From Planctomycetota bacterium (GTDB taxonomy: Bacteria > Planctomycetota > UBA11346): DNA of 64,000 bases. The DNA is taken from the NCBI GenBank assembly GCA_031426335.1, contig JANPLC010000241.1, forward strand, positions 1,828-65,827, read 5' to 3'. Below, in pieces: positions 9,210 through 17,400 of the stretch. Positions within the stretch are counted from its first letter, which is position 1. Each line of letters opens with the position of its first letter. Position numbers and translations under genes: made by a program. Under the pieces are notes generated by a model, which was given only the letters and a program-made list of their open reading frames with translations, ran no database searches and was not told where the DNA came from.

Positions 9210-10718
9210 TCAGGGCACGCGCGGCGGCGTTTGCAACGGAAGCAGCTTGAGCGACTGGTAGGCCACCGCGTCACCGTGATCCTGCAAAATGATGCGCCCG
9301 CGCTCTTCGCGGCCGTATTTCGGCAGACGGGCAAATTTGCTGCGCGCCACGCGCGCCAACCAATCGTCACTGCCCAGGGTGTAGCGCACCGCGAGGGAAT
9401 CGTTCAGCCAATGCTCGACTTCCGCGCCACGCACCACGATCCGTCCGCGATTCCAGCCACCGGCCGGGACCGCCAAGTCACGTGCCGGCGCATACACGGC
9501 ATAGCAGGATCCGGGCCACGTGAGTGGCGTGCGTCCATCGGGATGACGCAGGGCGTCCACCACTTGGTATTCCGCTCCGGTATCATGGGCCTGGGAGTTG
9601 CCGGTGCGTGTTCGGTACAACACCCCGCTGTTGCCACTGGCACTGATGCGCCAGTCGAAGCGCAGGTCGAAATCGCCGAACTCCGCGCTGGTGGCCAGAT
9701 CATCGACGATCGTCGAGGTTGCTTCTCCGACCCGCTGCAGCGTGCCGTCGCGCACCGACCACACGGATGAAATCTTTGGTGAACGGTAACCACGCCAGCC
9801 CGCCGTGCTGGTGCCATCGAATAACAGGATCCAACCGGCAGCCCGTTCCTCCGCGGTCAAGGTGTTGGGCTCGGCAGGTTCTCGTGTCACTGGCGTCACA
9901 GTTGCGATAGGATCCTCCACCCACCCCGTGGCATCAGCAGCAGTGGTTCCACCGGCGTTCAACTGGCGCTCCTCGCCGCGTTGATTGGTTACCCGCACCA
10001 CCCCGGACGTGACCGCTACTGAGGTGATCAGTGGAGCGGTATCGACAATGAAGCGGGTGCCCACGACGGTCACCGTGACGGTGTTGCTGCGCACGCGGAA
10101 AGGATCCACCGTGGTACGTGGCCTCACCACGGCTTCGGCACGTCCGGCGTCGAGCCACGCTCCATCGCCCTCGATTTTTGCCCGACTAGCGGTGGTGAAC
10201 GTCAGCGTACTGGCGTCTGGCCAACGCAGGGTCAGCGGTTGATCCACTGTCACGCGGATACCTGGTGACAGCCGGTCGCCGGTCTGCACCCGCACCTGCG
10301 TGTCCGTGGTTCCGCTGCCACTGACTACTTGCACACGTAGTTCAGCACCTGGCCACCAGCTCCAACCAAGGAGCGATATCAGCAGCGCAGCCGCCACCAC
10401 GGCAGACCGCCTCCACAACGTTGGAACCGTTCGCGCTTTTCCGGTTCGACGGCGAACGCTGCCGAGCGCCGCCCGTTGGCGCTCTGGTCGGCGTGCCGCC
10501 ATCAAGGCACGTACTCGGCGTGCCAGCTGGTCGGCGTCCGGTGGTTGCAGCGCATGCCGCAGCACGGTGGCGATCTCCAACTGGTCGAGCATCGCCGCGG
10601 CCTGATCTGCTTGTGACAAGCGCACGGCCACTTGCCGTCGTCCTGCGTCGTCCAGAGTGCCGTCCAGCCACGCTTCGAGCAGCTCCGTCGGCAGATTGTC
10701 CTGCGCGTTGCCACTCAT
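9210..10718 (-). CDS. Anti-sigma factor (FecR-like) fused to a C-terminal DUF1080 domain
   Basis: 'LLEAWLDGTLDDAGRRQVAVRL' N-terminus, TM 'AVVAAALLISLLGWSWW', FecR-like middle. C-terminus 'GWILLFDGTSTAGWRGY...WSVRDGTL...SGNSGVLYR...GRIILQDHGDAVAYQSLKL' is DUF1080. The ATG overlaps the sigma stop (ATGA at 10715-10718). Confidence 0.8.
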   Translation of the reverse strand: MSGNAQDNLPTELLEAWLDGTLDDAGRRQVAVRLSQADQAAAMLDQLEIATVLRHALQPPDADQLARRVRALMAARRPERQRAALGSVRRRTGKARTVPTLWRRSAVVAAALLISLLGWSWWPGAELRVQVVSGSGTTDTQVRVQTGDRLSPGIRVTVDQPLTLRWPDASTLTFTTASRAKIEGDGAWLDAGRAEAVVRPRTTVDPFRVRSNTVTVTVVGTRFIVDTAPLITSVAVTSGVVRVTNQRGEERQLNAGGTTAADATGWVEDPIATVTPVTREPAEPNTLTAEERAAGWILLFDGTSTAGWRGYRSPKISSVWSVRDGTLQRVGEATSTIVDDLATSAEFGDFDLRFDWRISASGNSGVLYRTRTGNSQAHDTGAEYQVVDALRHPDGRTPLTWPGSCYAVYAPARDLAVPAGGWNRGRIVVRGAEVEHWLNDSLAVRYTLGSDDWLARVARSKFARLPKYGREERGRIILQDHGDAVAYQSLKLLPLQTPPRVP

Positions 10719-11278
10719 GGCGTCACCCGTTCGATACAGTCACGCAGCTGGGAGCGCAGGCGCAGCAACAAGTTTGCCACGCCCGCCGTGCTGCGCCCGG
10801 CACGTTCCGCCACCTGCGGCAGCGGTAGCGCCTCGCCGTAACGCCACGTCAACAACGCACGCGCAGTCGGCGCGAGGTGCTCCAAACAACGATGCAGCCG
10901 CGTCAGTCGGCCGCGCTCATCGTCGTCGGCCTGGTCAGCGAGGCGTGTGAGGGCGGCCTGCGCCAGAGCGGCCTCCAACACCTCCTGAGCCGTTTCACCA
11001 GAGCCCCGGCGTACCTCGTGCAAGTGCCGCAGCGCTAGATTACGCGCGATGCCTTTGACCCACGAACGGAAGGTGCCACCAGCGCGGTAGTCCTGCAGTT
11101 TTTCGAAGGCAGTGGCCAAGGCGTCGTTGACTACTTCCTCGATTAGGTCCGGGTTCGCTACCCGCACCGCGACGAAGGCGCACAGGTCGCCATGCAGCTC
11201 GCCGACGATGGCGGTGAAGGCCGCTTCATCGCCACCGCGCACACGTTGCACCAAGATATCTAAGTCGTCGCTGATCAT
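10715..11278 (-). CDS. ECF-type RNA polymerase sigma-70 factor
   Basis: 187 aa. Region 2 'DLIEEVVNDALATAFEKLQDYRAGGTFRSWVKGIARNLAL'. Region 4 'ARALLTWRYGEALPLPQVAERAGRSTAGVANLLLRLR'. Confidence 0.9.
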   Translation of the reverse strand: MISDDLDILVQRVRGGDEAAFTAIVGELHGDLCAFVAVRVANPDLIEEVVNDALATAFEKLQDYRAGGTFRSWVKGIARNLALRHLHEVRRGSGETAQEVLEAALAQAALTRLADQADDDERGRLTRLHRCLEHLAPTARALLTWRYGEALPLPQVAERAGRSTAGVANLLLRLRSQLRDCIERVTP

Positions 11279-11629
11279 CGGAGCTTATTCACCCGACAGG
11301 TCCATTCATCTCACAGTTTTATGGGAACCTTCCCGCGCGGTTTCCGCTCCTGTTCAATTTTTTCATCCGCCTGAGTGACGTCACGGGGATAGACGTACTG
11401 GAGTCCACAGGCGCGGTCGGCAGACGGTGCCGCCGGAGCAGGTGGGCGGTCAGCCGCAGCTGACGCCGCAGCAGCGGTTGGTGGTGTCGAACACATGGAT
11501 GAAGAGTGGTCTGCCAGGGCGAGCGCTGGTGGCCTCAGCCGTGCGGTAGGCCAACGAGCAGCCGGCTGGCGGAGGGCTGGCGGAGGTGACCAAGCGTGCG
11601 GTGCTGATGACCTGCGGAGACTGGTCCGT

Positions 11630-11661
11630 AAAAGAAAAGAGGCGTCGGGATCACCGACGCC
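11630..11661 (-). terminator. Rho-independent terminator (minus strand)
   Basis: GGCGTCGG (11641-11648) / CCGACGCC (11654-11661) form an 8-9 bp GC stem with a 5-nt loop. On the minus strand it is followed by TCTTTTCTTTT (11630-11640). It lies ~95 nt downstream of the tRNA-like 3' end. Confidence 0.5.
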
Positions 11662-11753
11662 TTATCACCTCAACTCCCTTTTATTCTCGACCGAGACTCG
11701 CGCTTGTTGCACCGGAGTTGCACGGAACGGGAAAGCGAAACTCTTGCGATTAC

Positions 11754-11769
11754 AAAGTTACCCCGCCTG
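11754..11769. repeat. Left copy of a 16-bp direct repeat AAAGTTACCCCGCCTG (candidate att core)
   Basis: Identical 16-mer at 35369-35384. This copy forms the acceptor 3' strand and part of the T-stem of the tRNA-like sequence. Confidence 0.65.
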
Positions 11770-11812
11770 GATTCGAACCAGGAATGAGAGAGCCAAAATC
11801 TCAGTCCGGGGT
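11757..11812 (-). other. tRNA-like sequence lacking a D-arm (Gln-UUG-like anticodon arm, T-arm, 7-bp acceptor helix); not a canonical tRNA gene
   Basis: Minus-strand read: TACCCCG-GAC-TGAGA-TTTTGGC-TCTCT-CATT-CCTGG-TTCGAAT-CCAGG-CGGGGTA-A. It has a perfect T-arm with a GGTTCGAATCC box and a perfect 7-bp acceptor pairing, but only 3 nt where the D-arm should be. Confidence 0.5.
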
Positions 11813-11891
11813 ATTCTAGGGAAGTCGAGCTGTGCGTTTTACTGTGTTTTTACGTATTTCCAATTTCTAGGAATTGCTGGGAAGTCACCCC

Positions 11892-11913
11892 GAGTTGATA
11901 TGGAGTTGATATG
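11892..11913 (+). repeat. Tandem 11-mer GAGTTGATATG x2 (candidate integrase arm-type sites)
   Basis: GAGTTGATATG GAGTTGATATG followed by GGG. Lies between the att core and the integrase start. The same motif pair occurs at 35299-35320. Confidence 0.55.
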
Positions 11914-11970
11914 GGGGTAAAATCGCGGATCCTTCTCTCGTGCCAGTTTCGATCTGGCCAGGAGCGGTGA

Positions 11971-13308
11971 ATGGCACCTCACGACGGTATCTCGATCCAG
12001 GATCGCTGGCTGGACGCTCCGGCCACGAAGGCGGCGGGCAAAGAGCGACTGAAGCCGGTCAATAATCGCTGCGCCAAAGTCAGCCGCTATTTCGTGCGCG
12101 TGTGGGATCCCAATCTTCCAGCCAAGAACCCGGGTGGGAAAATTGGTGGCTACGCTTCAAAGTGCTTCCCGACCGTGACAGCGGGTCATGCCTGGGCTGA
12201 GCATCGTCGCGGCGAATTTCTCAAAGGCACGGCATCGGCACACACGACGACCATGACCGAACTGGGCACCGCTTTCATGACGAGCCTGCGCACGCGTATC
12301 GACGGGGCGGTCACGGAGCGACATCAAGCGCAGGTCCAGCAGGTGATTGATGGTTTGGTGTCGGCTGGAGCGCGCGACATCACCGATCCGTCGTTTCCGG
12401 ACCTCGTGCAACGCTGGCTGTCGGGCCTCCAAGCCCAACGTACTTGGGAAAAGCGCCCACGCCCGGCGTCGCCAGGATTGAAACGGAAGTTCTTGGTCAT
12501 CGCTCGTGCCGTCATGGCGTACGCCCAAGAGCGGCGATTGGTGGCCTATGATCCCCTCGCCGCGATCAGAACCGGTCGGGTCGAGCAGAAGCGCAAAGCC
12601 ATCTTTGCCATCAATGAACTTTCCGCCCTGGTCAGCGATTCAGCCCGCTGGAAGAATCGTGATAAGTGGTCAGAGGCGCGGCGCATGGTCGATGCCCACC
12701 ACGGCAATCAGAAGGAAGCCGCCAAGGCCCTGGGGATATCACCCTCAACCTTGCACTACCGCCTGAATACCCCGCAGGAAGCCGATCCCTGGTGGCTCGT
12801 CGCTGTCTTGCTGACCTACACCGGGTGCCGGATCTCCGAAGTGCTGGCGATGACACCGCGCATGGTGGATCGCCAGGCTGGAGTCCTGCTGCTGCCGGCC
12901 AGCGCAACCGGCAACAAGATGAAGCGCGACCGGCGCATCCGCTTGCAACCGGAATTGATGGCGATTCTGGCAGAAGTGCTTGATGCGGGTGCGCTCGGAA
13001 AGGACGAGCCACTGGTGGGAACCCACATGGTGAAATTCACCAGCGCGAACCTCGGCAACGGATTCAAAGACTATTGCCGCCGCTGCGGCATCGAACCTGG
13101 GCCGCGCGGTCCGCATGCGCTTCGCCACACCTTCTGCGCGCTGATGACCGCACTGGGCGTCTCACCTTTCCTGGTCATGGAATTGGCGGGGCATACGTCG
13201 GCTCAAGTTACCAGATCCTACAGCCAGTCAGCCGAAGAACTCATCGACGGTGTGGCCTGCTGGCCCAGACATGAGCCAGCACAGTTCTATCTTCGTCGAG
13301 CAAAATGA
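11971..13308 (+). CDS. int: Tyrosine recombinase / phage-type integrase
   Basis: 445 aa. Catalytic signature 'TGCRISEVLAM' (Arg), 'HALRHTFCALM' (His-x-x-Arg-His), 'LAGHTSAQVTRSY' (His...Tyr). Adjacent to the att repeat. Confidence 0.9.
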   Translation: MAPHDGISIQDRWLDAPATKAAGKERLKPVNNRCAKVSRYFVRVWDPNLPAKNPGGKIGGYASKCFPTVTAGHAWAEHRRGEFLKGTASAHTTTMTELGTAFMTSLRTRIDGAVTERHQAQVQQVIDGLVSAGARDITDPSFPDLVQRWLSGLQAQRTWEKRPRPASPGLKRKFLVIARAVMAYAQERRLVAYDPLAAIRTGRVEQKRKAIFAINELSALVSDSARWKNRDKWSEARRMVDAHHGNQKEAAKALGISPSTLHYRLNTPQEADPWWLVAVLLTYTGCRISEVLAMTPRMVDRQAGVLLLPASATGNKMKRDRRIRLQPELMAILAEVLDAGALGKDEPLVGTHMVKFTSANLGNGFKDYCRRCGIEPGPRGPHALRHTFCALMTALGVSPFLVMELAGHTSAQVTRSYSQSAEELIDGVACWPRHEPAQFYLRRAK

Positions 13309-13434
13309 ACGCACCACCAGGTGCAGGTGGTTGCTCATCACCGCAAAGCCGGCCACTTTGACCGCGAACAAGCCGGCCAGGGACCGCAACCGCTCATCAA
13401 CCTCGCTCGACGGTGATCGAACCGTCAACCGCAT
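13306..13434 (-). pseudogene. Remnant of an IS200/RAYT-type (Y1/HUH) transposase
   Basis: 'LAGLFAVKVAGFAVMSNHLHLVV' matches the conserved 'yvvMpNHvHLl' block of REP-associated tyrosine transposases. Only ~40 aa remain. The fragment abuts the integrase stop and lacks N- and C-terminal parts. Confidence 0.45.
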
Positions 13435-13435
13435 A

Positions 13436-13526
13436 GGTAGTGTCCGTCAAGTTTCGCAAATTCGATCAGCGGCGTAGCCGGTCAGTGGTTAAGTGATCGA
13501 ATTTGCGAAACTTGACGGACACTACC
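13436..13526. repeat. Perfect inverted repeat (33-bp arms, 25-nt spacer); REPIN-like hairpin
   Basis: GGTAGTGTCCGTCAAGTTTCGCAAATTCGATCA (13436-13468) is the exact reverse complement of 13494-13526. It sits next to the RAYT remnant and at the left edge of the lower-GC cassette. Confidence 0.85.
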
Positions 13527-13586
13527 GGGGAATTAGTCTGAGCTAAGATCATCCATCTAATCGTAAAGTGCCAGTAAACCACGGGC

Positions 13587-13943
13587 ATGCATGTGCATAA
13601 AGAAGAATCCGTAGAGGACAACGAATATATTGTCTACGCTATTTTTCTTTGGCACGTTGCTGACCAAATCAAAAATGGAATGTCGGAAAATAATGCCATT
13701 GAGTATGTCTTGAAAACTGAGTATCCAGACATGGACGGCGCATTGATGAGTGTAGCGCTCGACCGTCATCGCCAAATAAAACATGCCCACCTTGGTGATC
13801 TTACAAGCAGCGTCGTTCTTCCCCTCTACCTCAGATACAAGGTTTCCGCGACTCAAGCAGATTGGTCGCATGGTAGCGACAATGCAAAAATAGCGTCAGA
13901 ACGCATCAAGGCAGAATTCGTACGGCAATTATCTATGCAATAA
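13587..13943 (+). CDS. Hypothetical protein (lower-GC cassette)
   Basis: 118-aa ORF with balanced composition. An overlapping minus-strand ORF (13557-13871) looks antisense-like. No recognisable motifs. Convergent with the immunity gene. Confidence 0.35.
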   Translation: MHVHKEESVEDNEYIVYAIFLWHVADQIKNGMSENNAIEYVLKTEYPDMDGALMSVALDRHRQIKHAHLGDLTSSVVLPLYLRYKVSATQADWSHGSDNAKIASERIKAEFVRQLSMQ

Positions 13944-13949
13944 TTCATC

Positions 13950-14480
13950 TCAAGCTTCCCATGGCAGAGGATAACCAAACGAAGCGATCTTCGGATCCTC
14001 ACGAAGAACATAGTCTTTATCCCCCGGCCATAGTGAATCATCATAATTCAAAGATCTCTCTAGTGCATTCTTAATAAATATGAACAGAGTCGAAGCCGCA
14101 ATATAGCATACGTTCGTTCGTCCTAGTATTCCTTCAACAAAGACGATTGGGGGATCCAATGGATTATCCCCCAATACAGCGACATAGTGATTTCCATGAC
14201 TATCACCAGCAATCGGCAAGAACGAAGCTGATCTGTATTCCGGAATCATACTTGCTATTTTTACGATCTCTTTGGCCCCCAAAAAATCACAGCCAATCAC
14301 TTCCGCTCCATCGACTTTCGTAAGCCATGACTGCAGATCAGCAGGGAACTCCATGCCGATTTCAATCGACGCTTCCTTAATTTCAATTGTCGATGCGCCG
14401 CGATATGCTATCGACCCACCAGAATACGTTCGGGATTTGGCTAGAATCTGGAGAAGAGTGTTTAAATTTGGCTTATTCAT
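13950..14480 (-). CDS. SMI1/KNR4 (SUKH-1)-type immunity protein
   Basis: 176 aa, starting 12 nt after the toxin stop with AGGA 4 nt upstream. 'IEIKEASIEIGMEFPADLQSWLTKVDGAEV' and 'FLPIAGDSHGNHYVAVLG...PPIVFVEG' fit the SUKH pattern (lP.dy..fl...nG ... ia.dg.Gn.y). Confidence 0.75.
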   Translation of the reverse strand: MNKPNLNTLLQILAKSRTYSGGSIAYRGASTIEIKEASIEIGMEFPADLQSWLTKVDGAEVIGCDFLGAKEIVKIASMIPEYRSASFLPIAGDSHGNHYVAVLGDNPLDPPIVFVEGILGRTNVCYIAASTLFIFIKNALERSLNYDDSLWPGDKDYVLREDPKIASFGYPLPWEA

Positions 14481-14492
14481 GATCCTGGCTTT

Positions 14493-17400
14493 CTATGGGA
14501 ACGCAATGAATGTCGCGGCATCTTGTGCAAATTGACCATCTATGAGCGCAGCTTGAGCCTCGACCTCAGCTTTAGTGACGTTACCGACTCCGCCTTTTAA
14601 ACGCAACCATTCCTCCCATGCTTTGGTTATCTTAGCATGGACCTCTATTTTTACAGTAAATACATTCTCAATGGCGTTCGGATTATCAGGGAACAAGTGA
14701 CTGAATTGCAACTCGATGCGATGATGAACTTCGTATCCGGCCTCTTTAAGCCCCTTTCCTCCCAGCAATTTAGTTCCCGCACGTTCTGCCCAAAGTCTTC
14801 TGGCTGCTTCGCGTACGGCATCTCGTTCGAGGGACGACAATTGGCGTCTATTTAGCTGCGCCTTCATGACGCTTACTTGCCACTTCGGAAGTTTAGTAAA
14901 CGTCTGAAAAAAACGCGTTTCTCCCATTCTACCTAAGACAGCCAAGGCTCTTCCCCATGCCTTATCGCAAAAACCACCAACGTTGTGAACCCAAATAGAT
15001 GGAGAATCTTCTTTTGAGTTCGAAGAGGCAACGAAATAGGTCTGCCAATCGGCCACGGAGAAATTGTACGTTGTGAAGCACTGCCCTATCGGGGCCTCTT
15101 CACAGCGCACCGATTCAACTACGGCACATTCATTGCCTGCCATATGCAACTGATAGCCGGGTTTCAATTCACCCATTGGAACCCAGGCACTAAGCTGCTT
15201 AACCCAGAAGGGGTGGGTGGTTGTTCCGACCAACTCAGACGCATCACCATCCATGTTCCCAACATCTAAACGATGATAACGAAGATGGATTAAAGTGGCT
15301 GGCGTGGTCATGAACGTCTGTTCAACGTGTTTGAGCCCTTCCGCACCACTTCGTTCATCACGCGACCAAACCATGTCGCCAACACGAATGTCCTCTATCG
15401 CTTTAAAACCGTTCGAAACTTTCACCCGCGTTCCCGCCACAAAGCAAATCAACTTTGTTGAAGCACGTACCAAAGTCTCCGTCGGGAGGAAGTCGCGCAC
15501 TGCTTGTCGTGCTTTTGGTAATGCTGACTCTTCAACCTTTTTAAATAAGACTTTACCTGATTTTCCGACGACACTTCCTACTTTCGCAAAGGGGACAAAG
15601 TTGACCAGTAAAAATCCACCGTTGACTCCCACCGCAGCCCAGGTGGCATCACCCTCGGGAAGCACAATCCTTTTTCCTCCACCAATGTAACCAGCCCAAG
15701 CGGTAACATCGGCCAATTGATTCATTGCTGACAAAACTTGGTTGGCGCCGTTCATCGCCGTTTGCTCATTTATCGGACGTAACTCCCATCCTATTTCCCT
15801 GGCAATTTTCATCCGCTCCTCTCGGCGAGCTTCGGCAGCAGCATGTATGTTGCCATTCGCCTTATTATAGGCATCAATTGCTGCGGGGAGATCGAAGGTT
15901 CCTTCTTTTTCGTACCTCAGGTCTCCAGCTTTCTTTCCAACAGGTATATCAGTATCACCAGATTTGTATGTGGCGTGCGGGGCAACCCACAAGTACACAG
16001 CTCGTGCCTCCGGAAGATCCCATGTGCGAATGGTCCCTCCGAATCCAACGTGAGCGATGAACGCATTTTGAACGATGCGCTCTACCCCAAGATCTACCCC
16101 TGGGATTACGACATCCTTCGTAAGCGCCGCTATGACGCTGCTGGCTAAACTCAGGGCATTGCCTTCAGGCGCACCCAACAGTTCTGGTATTGTCCACAGA
16201 GGAATGTCATCATCCAAGACGGGATTATCGAGCGCGTTCCAGACCCAACCGGTAGTTTCAGCGTTTTCACCTTGGACCAAGTACCAGGCCATGAGCTTGT
16301 TATCGAGGAATGTTTTGGGGTTGGTTCGAGCAAGTTTGACCTCTGCCGGCGTCAATGAGTCGCTCGTTACATTGCCCGCCACTTGTATTGCGCCCTGTCG
16401 CTTAAGGGTTACTTGGTAACTGCCCTGCACTGTTTTATCAAAGCCGCGTACTTCTTGCGTCGTCCAGGTATCCTCCTCATTAAGTCCAATGACGCTTGCA
16501 CTAATGCGCTGAGCGGCATCAGGAGACACAACTACAGTTACCGTATAAGTGTCGGGCACCGGAGTGGGAAGACGTGATCGCGCAATACCGATGGTAACCG
16601 AGAGATGAATAGTGTCATTGGTGCCTGAGAACGTAACCGGACCTTCGTCCTCACCTTCGCCGCCTTCGGTACCGACGGTTCCATTAACGGGTGCCCACGC
16701 TGGATCTACAAAAACCATTGCATTGCCTGTCGTTGCATCCTTCACGTAATAGCGGTCGTCCTTCTTGATAAGATCAACCCTGGAGCCGTTTTGGAACCAT
16801 TTGTGGCTCGTAATTACAGTGTCAATAATCGACGGCGCTTGTATCGATACTCGATAAGGCGTGACGGTTTCTTGCTGTGCTGGGGAGATAGCAGAAGAGA
16901 CAGACCGCAGGGAGAACGATGGCGCATCGGAAGTAATCGTAGTTGAGTATTGATATTGTGTCGAGGTCACTCCACCAATTTGAATGAAATTTGCAGTGAC
17001 CGCTTTTGATTCAGACATCTTCACCGAAGCTGGGATTGAAACACCCGTGGTAGCGCCAAGAAGATCCACTTGGATCACGGTTGAGCCAACTGTCGCGGTG
17101 AAAACCTTGGTGTCTGCACCTGTCTCGGTCAGTGCGATTGGTGTCGGACTCGGACCCGCGATGTGGTTAGGCAGTGTGATCGCGATCTGGTTAACGACTG
17201 TTGGTGAGAGCACGCCGCTAAGGTCGACTTTATAGGTCATCACTGTTGGAGCAGTAATTGCATTACTGCGAACTATAAGAGCCTCGAAACGGAGCGATGA
17301 AGGACCATTTTCCGTAAATACTTCTTCGCAATACCATTCACCATTCTTCTCGACTGTAGCCGATATGGTGTCAACGAGGATTGCGTTTGTTTGACCGCCT

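Noticed and set aside
11495-11920. 141-aa plus-strand ORF in the intergenic/att region
   Set aside because: It reads straight through the terminator hairpin, the tRNA-like sequence and the arm repeats. The translation is low-complexity and there is no supporting context.
13557-13871. 104-aa minus-strand ORF co-oriented with the toxin-immunity pair (a second, orphan immunity gene?)
   Set aside because: The translation is hydrophobic and irregular ('FFFMHMHARGLLALYD'). It fully overlaps a more protein-like plus-strand ORF (13587-13943). Neither can be confirmed without homology searches.
14982-15446. Could the Hint domain be a true self-splicing intein?
   Set aside because: The residue after the terminal 'VHN' is Val, not the Cys/Ser/Thr needed for splicing. 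The downstream 162 aa are an autonomous toxin-like domain rather than the continuation of a host protein. A pretoxin-HINT / bacterial intein-like cleavage domain is the better reading.
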